From positions 330,001 to 362,000 of the forward strand of contig OY969931.1 in assembly GCA_963704705.1 (NCBI GenBank): a DNA stretch of 32,000 bases. The letters run 5' to 3'. The position numbers were made by a program, and so were the translations under genes. Positions 1 to 9,333 of the stretch are shown piece by piece. Below the pieces are notes generated by a model, which made no database searches, was not told where the DNA came from, and saw only the letters and a list, made by a program, of their open reading frames with translations. Source of the DNA: an uncultured bacterium. GTDB lineage: Bacteria > Patescibacteriota > Gracilibacteria > UBA1369 > PNNO01. How positions within the stretch are numbered: the first letter of the stretch is position 1; every line of letters begins with the position of its first letter.

Positions 1-747
1 TGCTGAAAGATTTTTATTATTAACAAGCTGAAGCGCAGCTGAATATGTGTTTATCTCCTGCAATATATTTTGAGTTGGTTCTTCTTTGTTAAGTACATTA
101 ATTTCATTTCTTAGTTCTGTTTTAAGTGCATCATTAAATTCCTGCTCATCAATTTTACCTACTTTTATGGGTTCGCGGTATTTAGCCTGAGCATTAACAT
201 AAGCAGTAAGTATTTGATCCTGAATTGATGCCAGTTCATCGCTTGGTTGCGCAGCTGTTCTTGCTACTGAATAACTGTCAGATAAGTAAGAGAGCTCTTG
301 AAGATAAGATGCCATCAATACATAGTTCTTTTGATTGATTGATGTTTGCAAGGTAAGGATATCCTGTTTTGAATTATCCAGTTGCTGAGCTGTATTTGGG
401 CCTCTTAGACCTGCGAGTAAATCAAATTCCGGATTAAGTTCTGCATAAAAGAACCCAATCGAAAGTATTGATAAAGTAATTACAAAGTAAAAAAAGAATT
501 TTGCTATTTTTAAATTACGTTTAGTTGGATCAAAAGCCCCAACTATTTTTTTATCAAGTTCCGGAATAGGGCCCAGAATTTTTTCTTCTGGTTTTTCTTC
601 TGCTTCCTTTTTTTCTAAAACGCCCTCAACAAGCTCAGTTGTTTGAGGTTTTTCTTCTGCTGCAGGAGATTTTTTTTCGAATATGTTTGTATAGAGATTT
701 CCTCCCTCTTCCTGGCCTTTTTCTTTTTTTGTTGTATCTTCAGGCAT
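1..747 (-). CDS. Partial hypothetical membrane-anchored protein (MPEDTTKKEKGQEEGG...KFFFYFVITLSILSIGFFYAE...), C-terminus outside the window
   Basis: Reverse frame is open from an ATG at 747 to the window edge. Acidic/lysine-rich N-terminus followed by one predicted TM segment and a helical region. Absent from the ORF track because it is truncated. Confidence 0.75.
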   Translation of the reverse strand, partial: MPEDTTKKEKGQEEGGNLYTNIFEKKSPAAEEKPQTTELVEGVLEKKEAEEKPEEKILGPIPELDKKIVGAFDPTKRNLKIAKFFFYFVITLSILSIGFFYAELNPEFDLLAGLRGPNTAQQLDNSKQDILTLQTSINQKNYVLMASYLQELSYLSDSYSVARTAAQPSDELASIQDQILTAYVNAQAKYREPIKVGKIDEQEFNDALKTELRNEINVLNKEEPTQNILQEINTYSAALQLVNNKNLSA

Positions 748-813
748 TTTTATTTTTTATTTTCCTTATATTTTAGCAAATTTCAGGCTAAAAGTAAAGT
801 ATCCGGATATAAA

Positions 814-855
814 AAAGACCATCACTTATTAGAAAGTAACGGTCTTTTTATAAGT
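814..855 (-). terminator. Rho-independent-type hairpin downstream of rplL
   Basis: AAAAAAGACC ... GGTCTTTTTA inverted repeat just after the rplL stop; possibly bidirectional. Confidence 0.7.
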
Positions 856-859
856 ATAA

Positions 860-1273
860 TTATTTCAACTCTACAGTTGCACCAGCTTCTTCCAATTTTT
901 TCTTTAATTCTTCAGCTTCTTCAGCTGGAACATTTTCTTTAACTGGTTTTGGTGCGCCATCAACTAAATCTTTAGATTCTTTTAGTCCAAGACCAGTGAT
1001 TTCACGTACAGCTTTAATTACAGCAACTTTCTGTCCGCCAGCAGCAGCCAAAACTACTGTTTTGTTTCCATTTCCTTCGTCAGCATCATCAGCTCCGCCA
1101 GCAGCAGGAGCAGCAGCCATTGCCATAGGGGCAGCAGCAGAAACACCGAACTTGTCTTCCATTGCTTTTACAAGGTTTGCAAGATCAAGAACGCTTAGTT
1201 TCTCAACTGAGTCAAGAATTGCTTGCGCATCTTTTGATAATTTTACTTCTTCTTTTGTTGCATCATCAGACAT
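860..1273 (-). CDS. rplL: 50S ribosomal protein L7/L12
   Basis: 137 aa with classic L7/L12 architecture: Ala-rich hinge ([15 protein letters not shown]) and C-terminal domain [43 protein letters not shown]. Confidence 0.97.
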   Translation of the reverse strand: MSDDATKEEVKLSKDAQAILDSVEKLSVLDLANLVKAMEDKFGVSAAAPMAMAAAPAAGGADDADEGNGNKTVVLAAAGGQKVAVIKAVREITGLGLKESKDLVDGAPKPVKENVPAEEAEELKKKLEEAGATVELK

Positions 1274-1311
1274 TTTTAATGTTGTTAAGGATAATTAGAA
1301 GTATATTAAGT

Positions 1312-2034
1312 TTATTTATTTTCCGGATCCGAAGCCGCAGGCGCAGGATCTTCTTGAGGAGGTTCCTCAGAAGGTTTTGTATCTTCCGCTTCAGCTTTAG
1401 CCTCTTCTTCAGCAACAGGAGCCTCTTCAGGCGCAGCCTCAGCAGCAGGCGCAGCCTCAGCAGCAGGCGCAGGAGCCTCTTCAGCTTTTGGCGCTTCTGC
1501 AGGGCTTTCTTTTTCCATTTTATCTCTGTACGCATCAACAACTCCTACAAAAGTTCTCATTAATGAATAAAGAACTCCGTGAAATCCGCTTATTGGAGCA
1601 TTCATAGAGCCAACCAATTTCGCAAGAAGTTCTTCTTTTCCAGGAATTTGTGCAAGTTCCATTGCTTCTGCATGAGTTAAAGCTCTTCCTTCCATGAAAG
1701 CGCTTAAAAGTTTTATTGCTTCATGTGTTTTTGAAAAATCATAAATTGTTTTTGCAGCAGCAATTTCGTCACCCATGCTAAATGCAACTCCAACCTGTCC
1801 CACCAATCCTTCTTCCGGAATTTCATCAAATCCTGCGTCTTTTGCAGCGATTTTAATTAGAGTTTTTTTTGCTACTTTAAACTGAGAATCTTTTTCTCTT
1901 AATTTGCTTCTTAAATCCTGAATATCTTTTACTGAAATACCTTGATAATCAGAAAAAACAACAGATTTAGAATTTTTAAATAAATCAACTAATTCTGCAA
2001 TAATTTCTTCTTTTTTTTGCTTTGTAACTGGCAT
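1312..2034 (-). CDS. rplJ: 50S ribosomal protein L10 with an acidic/Ala-Pro-rich C-terminal extension
   Basis: KSVVFSDYQGISVKDIQDLRSKLR...KVAKKTLIKIA core matches L10; gene order rplJ-rplL; L10 leader upstream. Confidence 0.95.
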   Translation of the reverse strand: MPVTKQKKEEIIAELVDLFKNSKSVVFSDYQGISVKDIQDLRSKLREKDSQFKVAKKTLIKIAAKDAGFDEIPEEGLVGQVGVAFSMGDEIAAAKTIYDFSKTHEAIKLLSAFMEGRALTHAEAMELAQIPGKEELLAKLVGSMNAPISGFHGVLYSLMRTFVGVVDAYRDKMEKESPAEAPKAEEAPAPAAEAAPAAEAAPEEAPVAEEEAKAEAEDTKPSEEPPQEDPAPAASDPENK

Positions 2035-2049
2035 AATTGTAGGTAGTTA

Positions 2050-2175
2050 ATAAAAAAATCGGTTCTGAGACAGACCGATTACACATAAAAATTTTTTGAA
2101 TTTTTTGTGTGTCTCGGCAGGATTTATGCCAACTTGGCTACCGGCTGTCTCTGACGCACTGACCATTTTACGTTT
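2050..2175 (-). promoter_or_regulatory. Ribosomal protein L10 leader (autoregulatory attenuator)
   Basis: Minus-strand sequence GAGACAGCCGGTAGCCAAGTTGGCATAAATCCTGCCGAGAC matches the conserved L10-leader core as I remember it and lies directly upstream of rplJ. Confidence 0.88.
2053..2080 (-). terminator. Attenuator terminator of the L10 leader
   Basis: Minus strand AATCGGT-CTGTCTCAG-AACCGATTTTTTT: 7-bp stem plus U-tract immediately before rplJ. Confidence 0.8.
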
Positions 2176-2285
2176 TTGTTAGAGAAAGTCAAATCTATAT
2201 TCCTATATGGGTGAGTATTTGTACACCATTTATCTCAAAAAGTCCAGTCAAAAAGCTAGATTTTTGAATTTAGTTTTGATATATT

Positions 2286-3077
2286 TTGTTTATGAAAAAT
2301 ATACATGAAAAATTTGTTGAATATGGGCGCAATGCACGAAAATGGATAAACGAGTGCAAAATGCTTTTACCTGAAATTGATCGTTGCGGAATTTGGAATG
2401 AAAAGGGATTTGGCAGTATTTATGAATATGCGGCAAAGTTGGCTGGCCTTAGCCGCGGACAGGTTGATGATGCTTTACGGATTTTGAAAAAAATTGAAGA
2501 TAAACCTGCATTAATTAAAGTTGCGCGTGAAAAAGGCATAAGTGCAGTGCGGCCGGTTGCAACAATTGCCACTCAAAAAGATCAAAAATTATGGGCGGCC
2601 AAAGCGCGAAAAATGTCTAAAAATACACTGGAACTATTCATTCGCGAGTCCCGTCCCAGGACGGAAAATCAAACTCAAACCATTGAAATAAATCTTAGTC
2701 AAGAAGTAATAGAAGAACTTAAAACATTAAAAGGAGATGGAGCTTGGAATAATGTAATGAAAGAATTACTTGAAGCCCGAAAAACACTTTTAGAACAGGA
2801 AAAACCGGAAAAAGTTAAAAATGCCGGCAGGTCTATACCAAAAGCAATTGAAAAATGGGTGATTAAAACTACAAATGGCCAGTGTTCTGAGCCAGGCTGT
2901 TATAAAAAGTATGAAGTTCTGCATCATGAAGATTATTTTGCCTTAACAAAAACTCATGACCCTGATCGCATAAAACCCCTTTGCAAAGGTCACCATGAAA
3001 TTATCCATCAATATGCTGAAACTCCTGATCAATTTTTTATTAATCAAAAGATACTTACTTTTGCAAGAGCGCCTTGA
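2286..3077 (+). CDS. HNH endonuclease domain protein
   Basis: C-terminal CSEPGCYKKYEVLHHEDYFALTKTHDPDRIKPLCKGHHEIIH fits an HNH/zinc-binding fold; helical N-terminal half. Confidence 0.75.
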   Translation: MFMKNIHEKFVEYGRNARKWINECKMLLPEIDRCGIWNEKGFGSIYEYAAKLAGLSRGQVDDALRILKKIEDKPALIKVAREKGISAVRPVATIATQKDQKLWAAKARKMSKNTLELFIRESRPRTENQTQTIEINLSQEVIEELKTLKGDGAWNNVMKELLEARKTLLEQEKPEKVKNAGRSIPKAIEKWVIKTTNGQCSEPGCYKKYEVLHHEDYFALTKTHDPDRIKPLCKGHHEIIHQYAETPDQFFINQKILTFARAP

Positions 3078-3125
3078 ACTCGCGGCCTTTTTCTGTTAAT
3101 AATACTGCGACATTATTCAAAGAAA

Positions 3126-4031
3126 ATGGACATTACATCCACAATTAAGGGCTTTCTTGAGGAATCGAAGTTACTCAATAAAAAACCGCTTCTTGTGATT
3201 TTAGGGGGAACAGCTTCCGGCAAAACCGCATTTTCAATAAAAATTGCAAAAGAATTTGATGGCGAAGTTATTTCAACTGATTCACGTCAAATTTATAAAT
3301 ATATGGATATTGGAACTGCAAAAGTAACACCGCAGGAAGCGCAGGGAATTCCGCACTATATGATTGATTTTGTTGACCCTGCTCAGGAATTTACTTTGGC
3401 GGATTTTGTGAAAACAGCAAAAAAATATATCGATTATATTCATTCAAAGGGAAAATTGCCTATTTTGGCTGGCGGGACAGGACTTTATACACGTGCGATT
3501 TGTGACAACTTTGATATACCTTGCGTACCGCCAAATACTAAATTGCGTGAAGAGCTTGATAAAGAAGATCCTCAAAAATTACATGACAGATTAATTGAGC
3601 TGGATCCTGAAGCTGCTAAAAACATCCATCCTAACAATAAAAGGTATGTAATAAGGGCAATTGAAAGAGCGATGGCTGGTAAAAAACCAACAAAAACTCC
3701 AAATTCCGATTTTAATATATTAAAATTTGGCATTGAGTGGGATAGAGAAAAATTATATGAAAGAATCAATACAAGAGCCGCTAATCAGATAGAAGAAGGT
3801 CTTATTAATGAAACAAAAACACTTCTTTCAAAAGGTTATAATGAAAAATTGCCGTCTATGTCCAGCCTTGGATACCCTGAAATGATAAAATATATAAGAG
3901 GAGAGCTTAGTCTTGATGATGCATTGGAACTTCTTCAAAAAAATACCAGGAATTATGCTAAAAGGCAGTTAACGTGGTTCCGGCGCGAACCAGATGTGAT
4001 TTGGCTTAACGGAGCCACTTTAAGTAATTAA
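3126..4031 (+). CDS. miaA: tRNA dimethylallyltransferase
   Basis: P-loop LGGTASGKTAFSI, STDSRQIYKYMDIGTAK, HYMIDFVDP, AGGTGLY and RNYAKRQLTWFRR motifs. Confidence 0.96.
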   Translation: MDITSTIKGFLEESKLLNKKPLLVILGGTASGKTAFSIKIAKEFDGEVISTDSRQIYKYMDIGTAKVTPQEAQGIPHYMIDFVDPAQEFTLADFVKTAKKYIDYIHSKGKLPILAGGTGLYTRAICDNFDIPCVPPNTKLREELDKEDPQKLHDRLIELDPEAAKNIHPNNKRYVIRAIERAMAGKKPTKTPNSDFNILKFGIEWDREKLYERINTRAANQIEEGLINETKTLLSKGYNEKLPSMSSLGYPEMIKYIRGELSLDDALELLQKNTRNYAKRQLTWFRREPDVIWLNGATLSN

Positions 4032-4033
4032 AT

Positions 4034-5680
4034 ATGTCAGTACTTGGTAAAAAATGGGAAATTAAAAACACTTCTGAAAAAAGTGTTATTGATAAAATTT
4101 GTGAAAATAGAGGACTTTCTGACCCGAATGATTTAACGCAATTTTTGGAACCTGATTTTGAAAAAGATTTTCATGATCCTTTTTTGCTTCCAGGAATGCA
4201 AAAAGCAGTTGACCGTATAAAAAAGGCAATTGCAGATAAAGAAAGAATTATGATTTATGGAGATTATGATGTTGATGGAATTAGCGGTACAGCAATTATG
4301 TTTATAGCATTGGAAAAACTCGGAGCCCAGGTTTCTTATCGATTGCCTCACAGAGTTAATGACGGTTACGGCTTGAGTGCTAAATTTATTAGCGAGTTTA
4401 ATGATGTTAATGTAAAACTTCTTATTACTGTTGATTGCGGAATTTCAAATGCTGATGAAATTGCAAAGGCAAGCGCAAAAGGCATTGATGTAATTATCAC
4501 AGATCACCATACGATTCCTGAAAAATATCCGAGTGCTGCATACGAGATTGTGCATCCTCTACGTCCAGACAGCAAATATCCATTTAAAAAATTAACTGGT
4601 GCAGGAGTTGCATTTAAAGTTGCGCAGGCATTATTTGGTAAAGATCCTTTTGTTTATGAATTGTTGGATTTAGCAAGTCTTGGAACTGTTGCTGATTGCG
4701 GGCCTATTATTGGAGAAAACCGATTAATTGTTAAAAAAGGTTTGGAAATTTTGCCTCAAACCAGATGGGAAGGTTTGAAATCATTGCTTGAAAGTGCAGG
4801 GGTTGATACTGAGCGACCTTTGAATACTTTTACAATTGGTTATCAGATCGCGCCGAGAATAAATGCTGCGGGAAGAATTGATTCACCTTATTATGCACTT
4901 CAATTGTTAGTTAAAGAAGATGCTAAAAATCTTGCTGATAAATTAGAGAGTCTAAATCGAAAACGTCAGGATATGTTGAAAAAAGCTCTTGATGATGCCG
5001 AAAAACGATATGTTGAGAGCGATGATAATTATTTGATAATAGAGCATGATAAGCAGTGGCATGTTGGGATTATCGGGCTTGTTGCCGGTAAGTTGGCGGA
5101 AAAATTTAATAAACCTGCAATTATTTTACAGGATTTTGATGATTATCTCGTTGCATCAGCCAGAAGTCCTCAATTTTTTAATATTGTTGAAGCACTTACT
5201 GAACATAAAGATTATTTAATGCATTTTGGAGGTCATGCGCAGGCAGCTGGTTTCAATATTAAAAAAGATCGATTTGAAGATTTCAAAAAAGCTATTAAAG
5301 AATATGCGAAACAAAAATTACAAAGCAGTGAAATTGTTTCAAGTCTGGCTATTGATTGCGAAATTTTACCTGAAGAAATGAATTGGGAAACTTTTGAATT
5401 TATAAGGTCGCTGGAACCCTATGGAATTGCAAATGAAAGGCCTATTTTCTTGCTTAAAGATGCTGTGATTCAGCACGCTAAGGTTGTCGGGAAAGATGAA
5501 AAGCATTTATCTATTTATATTAATAAAGGCGGCGTTAATATTAGAGGCATTGGCTTTAATTTAGGTGAACATGCGGAATACGTCAGGAATCAGAGGTCTT
5601 TGGACGTGGTTTTTCAACTCGATGAAAATCAATGGAAAGGACAAAGCAGTCTCCAAATGAAAATTTTGGATTTTGGTTGA
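4034..5680 (+). CDS. recJ: Single-stranded-DNA-specific exonuclease RecJ
   Basis: DHH motifs IMIYGDYDVDGISGTA, LITVDCGISN, VIITDHHT and GTVADCGP; DHHA1 FGGHAQAAGFNI. Confidence 0.93.
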   Translation: MSVLGKKWEIKNTSEKSVIDKICENRGLSDPNDLTQFLEPDFEKDFHDPFLLPGMQKAVDRIKKAIADKERIMIYGDYDVDGISGTAIMFIALEKLGAQVSYRLPHRVNDGYGLSAKFISEFNDVNVKLLITVDCGISNADEIAKASAKGIDVIITDHHTIPEKYPSAAYEIVHPLRPDSKYPFKKLTGAGVAFKVAQALFGKDPFVYELLDLASLGTVADCGPIIGENRLIVKKGLEILPQTRWEGLKSLLESAGVDTERPLNTFTIGYQIAPRINAAGRIDSPYYALQLLVKEDAKNLADKLESLNRKRQDMLKKALDDAEKRYVESDDNYLIIEHDKQWHVGIIGLVAGKLAEKFNKPAIILQDFDDYLVASARSPQFFNIVEALTEHKDYLMHFGGHAQAAGFNIKKDRFEDFKKAIKEYAKQKLQSSEIVSSLAIDCEILPEEMNWETFEFIRSLEPYGIANERPIFLLKDAVIQHAKVVGKDEKHLSIYINKGGVNIRGIGFNLGEHAEYVRNQRSLDVVFQLDENQWKGQSSLQMKILDFG

Positions 5681-5784
5681 TTTTATAAGTGAATTTTGCT
5701 ATTTTGCCTTCTTAATTGTTGAGCTTTATATGATTGACAATTAAGGAAAAGTATTTTATAATAATATGATGCTAATTTATTAAA

Positions 5785-7227
5785 TTGACTTTAAATCAAA
5801 TCCAACAACAAGTGGTTCAGCAGCTTAAGAACAGCGAGAAGGTTCTGATATTGCCTTCAGCTCCACCTGACGGAGATTCTATTGGTTCAGCACTTGCGCT
5901 ATTTTTATTGTTAAAGAAGATGGGAAAAGAAGCGACAGTCGTATGCAGTGATCCATTGCCGGATGTTTTGGGATTTTTACCAAAAACAAATGTTATTGAT
6001 GATCAATTGGTTACTTCGAATGATTTTATTGTTACCCTGGATTGCAGCAAAGCAAAAATAGATACAATAAAAACGGATGTTGAAGACAATAAGGTAAATA
6101 TAATTATTACACCAAAACAGGGGACCCTAAGTGAAAATGAGGTTTCTTTTAATTATGGGCCTTCAAAATATGATTTAGTGGTTGTTGTTGATGCAGGTGA
6201 TTTGTCGCAGCTTGGAAAACTTTACGAAAACAATGCGGGTTTGTTTACTCAAATTCCAGTTATAAATATCGACCACCATGTAAGCAATAATCAGTTCGGC
6301 AAAATTAATTATGTTGATATTATGGCTTCATCTACAACAGAATTGATGGTGCCAGTTCTTGAGGAACTTGGTAAAGATTTGATTGATGAAGATATCGCAA
6401 CTTTATTGTTAGCCGGAATCATTACGGATACCGGAAGTTTTCAGAACGCAAATACTAGCCCGAAAGCGTTTTCATCGGCTTCACACTTATTGGGATATGG
6501 GGCTCGGCAGCAGGAAATTATTCAGCACATTTATAAAACAAAGAACTTAACAATGCTTAAGCTTTGGGGAAGAGTTCTATCAAAAATTCAATTTGACCCT
6601 TTATATAAAATTGTCTGGTCTACAATTAACCAGCAGGACTTTAAATCAACTCAAAGTGTAGAGGATGAAACAGGGGATATTATTGATGAATTAATGACAA
6701 ACGCACCTGGTGCGGATGTTGTGCTTTTAATTAAAGAGCGCAGTGATGGCCTTATTTCTTGCAGTGTAAGGACAACAAGCCAGGCAATTGATGCCAGTCA
6801 AATTGCTGAAAGTTTTAATGGCGGAGGACATGTGCAGGCAGCTGGATTTAAAATTAAGAGTAATGATTTGGAATCAACTGAGAAAGAAATTATTAAAAAA
6901 GTACGTGAATTTCAGGCAAAAAGACTGAATATTCATCCTGATGAAGAGCCCGAAGTTATAAGCGGACCGGAATTTGGACAATTCCAGGATAAATTAAAAG
7001 AACCGGTTTGGAAGGGCCAGAGCGAGCCAAAGGCGAGCTCTATGGAGCGAGCGCCAGCGAGCGAAGTAATAAAAACTTCTAAAAACAAAAGACGTCGCAA
7101 ACCAAAATCCAAGAAACCTCAGCAGAAAGCCGAGGAAGTTAAAAAAGAGGATGTTGTTGAAAACATTCCAAAAGAACAGCACGATATAGATTTGGAACCT
7201 GGAATGACTTACAAGTTCGAAGATTAA
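5785..7227 (+). CDS. DHH family phosphoesterase (NrnA / bifunctional oligoribonuclease-PAP phosphatase-like)
   Basis: TTG start. ILPSAPPDGDSIGSALAL, DAGDLSQLG, INIDHHVSNNQFG and GGGHVQAAGFKI motifs; long lysine-rich C-terminal tail. Confidence 0.85.
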   Translation: MTLNQIQQQVVQQLKNSEKVLILPSAPPDGDSIGSALALFLLLKKMGKEATVVCSDPLPDVLGFLPKTNVIDDQLVTSNDFIVTLDCSKAKIDTIKTDVEDNKVNIIITPKQGTLSENEVSFNYGPSKYDLVVVVDAGDLSQLGKLYENNAGLFTQIPVINIDHHVSNNQFGKINYVDIMASSTTELMVPVLEELGKDLIDEDIATLLLAGIITDTGSFQNANTSPKAFSSASHLLGYGARQQEIIQHIYKTKNLTMLKLWGRVLSKIQFDPLYKIVWSTINQQDFKSTQSVEDETGDIIDELMTNAPGADVVLLIKERSDGLISCSVRTTSQAIDASQIAESFNGGGHVQAAGFKIKSNDLESTEKEIIKKVREFQAKRLNIHPDEEPEVISGPEFGQFQDKLKEPVWKGQSEPKASSMERAPASEVIKTSKNKRRRKPKSKKPQQKAEEVKKEDVVENIPKEQHDIDLEPGMTYKFED

Positions 7228-7976
7228 TCCACTTTCTCCATCACTTCCTCCGATATATCAAAGTTGCTGTAAACATTTGATACATCATCGTCTTCTTCGA
7301 GCGCGTCCATGAATTTGAGGATTTTTTTGGCTTTATCAACATCTGTGATTGCAACAGTTGTTTCGGGGACATAGGTCAGTTCAGAAGATTCAACTTGAAA
7401 ACCCGCATCTTCCAAAGCTTTTTTGACTGTATGTAAATCGTTTAATGCAGTATAAATATCAACAGAATCATCGCCTCTTTCAATATCTTCAGCACCTGCA
7501 TCAATTGCGGCAAGTTCAATATCATCAAATTTTGAAGGATCAGCTTTTACCAAAATGTAACCCTTTTTATGAAAAAGATAAGCAACACTGCCTGCACCGC
7601 CCATGTTACCGCCGTGTTTGGTAAAAATACTTTTTACATTTGCAACAGTTCGGTTTTTGTTGTCGGTAAGAGCCTGAATGTAAACTGCTATTCCAACAGG
7701 TCCGTATCCTTCATACATAACCTCGCTGAAGTCAGCGCCATCTTTTAATTCTCCTGTGCCGCGCTTAACTGCTTTTTCAATATTGGTATTTGGCATATTA
7801 GCTGCTTTTGCATTATCAATTGCTGATCGAAGAGCAGAATTCATTTCCGGATCACCGCCACCTTCTTTTGCTGCGATTGTGATTAACTTTGAATGCATTG
7901 TGAAGATTTTTCCTCTTTTTGCATCTGCTGCGCCTTTCTTGTGTTTAATTGAGTGCCATTTGCTGTGTCCAGACAT
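7224..7976 (-). CDS. YebC/PmpR family transcriptional regulator / translation factor
   Basis: MSGHSKWHSIKHKKGAADAKRGKIFTMHSKLI ... GGNMGGAGSVAYLF is diagnostic for the YebC family. Confidence 0.96.
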   Translation of the reverse strand: MSGHSKWHSIKHKKGAADAKRGKIFTMHSKLITIAAKEGGGDPEMNSALRSAIDNAKAANMPNTNIEKAVKRGTGELKDGADFSEVMYEGYGPVGIAVYIQALTDNKNRTVANVKSIFTKHGGNMGGAGSVAYLFHKKGYILVKADPSKFDDIELAAIDAGAEDIERGDDSVDIYTALNDLHTVKKALEDAGFQVESSELTYVPETTVAITDVDKAKKILKFMDALEEDDDVSNVYSNFDISEEVMEKVD

Positions 7977-7989
7977 AAAGTTGTTATTG

Positions 7990-9333
7990 TTAGAATGCAG
8001 TAGTTTGACTGTTTTGGATATCTAGAACCGTATCTGAAGATCTCTCGTATTTGATTGTAACGTTGTATTGTTCGCTATAAAAGTAATCGATCGGGCCGGT
8101 TCCAACTCCAATTGTGTCAGTTTCGATATTAATCAAATCATTAAATAGATCAAGTGTTTCTTGACCTAATCCTTCAACAAGAATTCTGTTTCTGGCTTCA
8201 GAAAGAATATCATTTGAATTAACAGATTGCGGTTTAATATATTCTATATTATCCAAAACTTTGCTGATTTCTTCATCAAGATACTCGGTTAAATTTGACC
8301 AGCCATAAGCTGTGTAAACTTGTAAAACCTGATTGTCAGGATAAAAAATATAATAATCGTCATGAACAGGACTGGCATTTAAATTAATTGTTTCATAACC
8401 AGCCAGAGTAAGTGTATTTTTTTGATATGTACCAAAATCCGATTTATAAACCATTTCAATGTTTTGAATGTAATTTGTTTTAGATAAGTTGTCTTCGTTA
8501 AGATCCAAATGAAACTTAATATCAGCCCCTAAAGGGTACGGTACCTCATAATTACTTTGATGATTCACAGTATCGGGATGCCAGAAAACAATTTGATCTT
8601 CATTATTAATTATTTTCCAGTCAAAAGGAAGTTTTGTTTTAAAGCCGTATTCAGGGTAACTAACAGTTGGCCAGTTTGTAGATATATCAAATGGTTCACC
8701 ATTGTTTTGAAGAACAATCGCTGTTCTATACATTAATTCAACTAGCTCACCACGTGTAATGCTTCTGCCTGCATTTAAATTCCCATCACCCTGCGGTTCT
8801 ATTATATTTTTTTCTTTTGCATAAGCCGCATAAGGCGCATACCATAAATCACCGGTAACATCAGGAAATATAGTGCTGTTTTCAGGTTGATCGGTAATTG
8901 TAACTCCATTTGTTAAAAGTATCATTTTTAGCGTTTCGGCAATGTTTAAATTTTGAATAGGCCTGAAATAGCCATCTTCATATCCTTCAACAATATTTAG
9001 CTCAACCGCTCTTTTTATAAAAGCATAAAACCAATCGTCGGCAGTAACATCAGGAAAAACATCATCTCCTAAATCATTAACATCAACTGATATATCTGAA
9101 CTTAGCAAAATTATTTTAAGGGCTTCGGCTCTGTTTGCGGGCTGATCCGGTCTGAAAGTCCCGTCAGGATAACCCTGAATTACATCTTTGTCATGAAAAT
9201 ATTCAATTGCCGCAGCATATTTATGATCATTCGGGACATCAGGGAAACTGCTATCCGCAACCTGCGCATTAGCAATATAGCTAAATTGGCTTAGCAATAT
9301 AAGGGATAAAATAGTTATTAGTGCCTTCCTCAT
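7990..9333 (-). CDS. Secreted S-layer homology (SLH) domain protein
   Basis: Signal peptide, then SLH repeats: FPDVPNDHKYAAAIEYFHDKDVIQGYPDGTFRPDQPANRAEALKIIL, FPDVTADDWFYAFIKRAVELNIVEGYEDGYFRP and a third. Confidence 0.88.
   Translation of the reverse strand: MRKALITILSLILLSQFSYIANAQVADSSFPDVPNDHKYAAAIEYFHDKDVIQGYPDGTFRPDQPANRAEALKIILLSSDISVDVNDLGDDVFPDVTADDWFYAFIKRAVELNIVEGYEDGYFRPIQNLNIAETLKMILLTNGVTITDQPENSTIFPDVTGDLWYAPYAAYAKEKNIIEPQGDGNLNAGRSITRGELVELMYRTAIVLQNNGEPFDISTNWPTVSYPEYGFKTKLPFDWKIINNEDQIVFWHPDTVNHQSNYEVPYPLGADIKFHLDLNEDNLSKTNYIQNIEMVYKSDFGTYQKNTLTLAGYETINLNASPVHDDYYIFYPDNQVLQVYTAYGWSNLTEYLDEEISKVLDNIEYIKPQSVNSNDILSEARNRILVEGLGQETLDLFNDLINIETDTIGVGTGPIDYFYSEQYNVTIKYERSSDTVLDIQNSQTTAF

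Noticed and set aside
1162-1563. Plus and minus arginine/leucine-rich ORFs over rplL/rplJ
   Set aside because: Low-complexity readings opposite to, or out of frame with, the Ala/Glu-rich rplJ tail; artefactual.
5785-7227. Phage or defence function for the DHH protein
   Set aside because: Motifs and context fit an ordinary NrnA/recJ-type housekeeping phosphoesterase.
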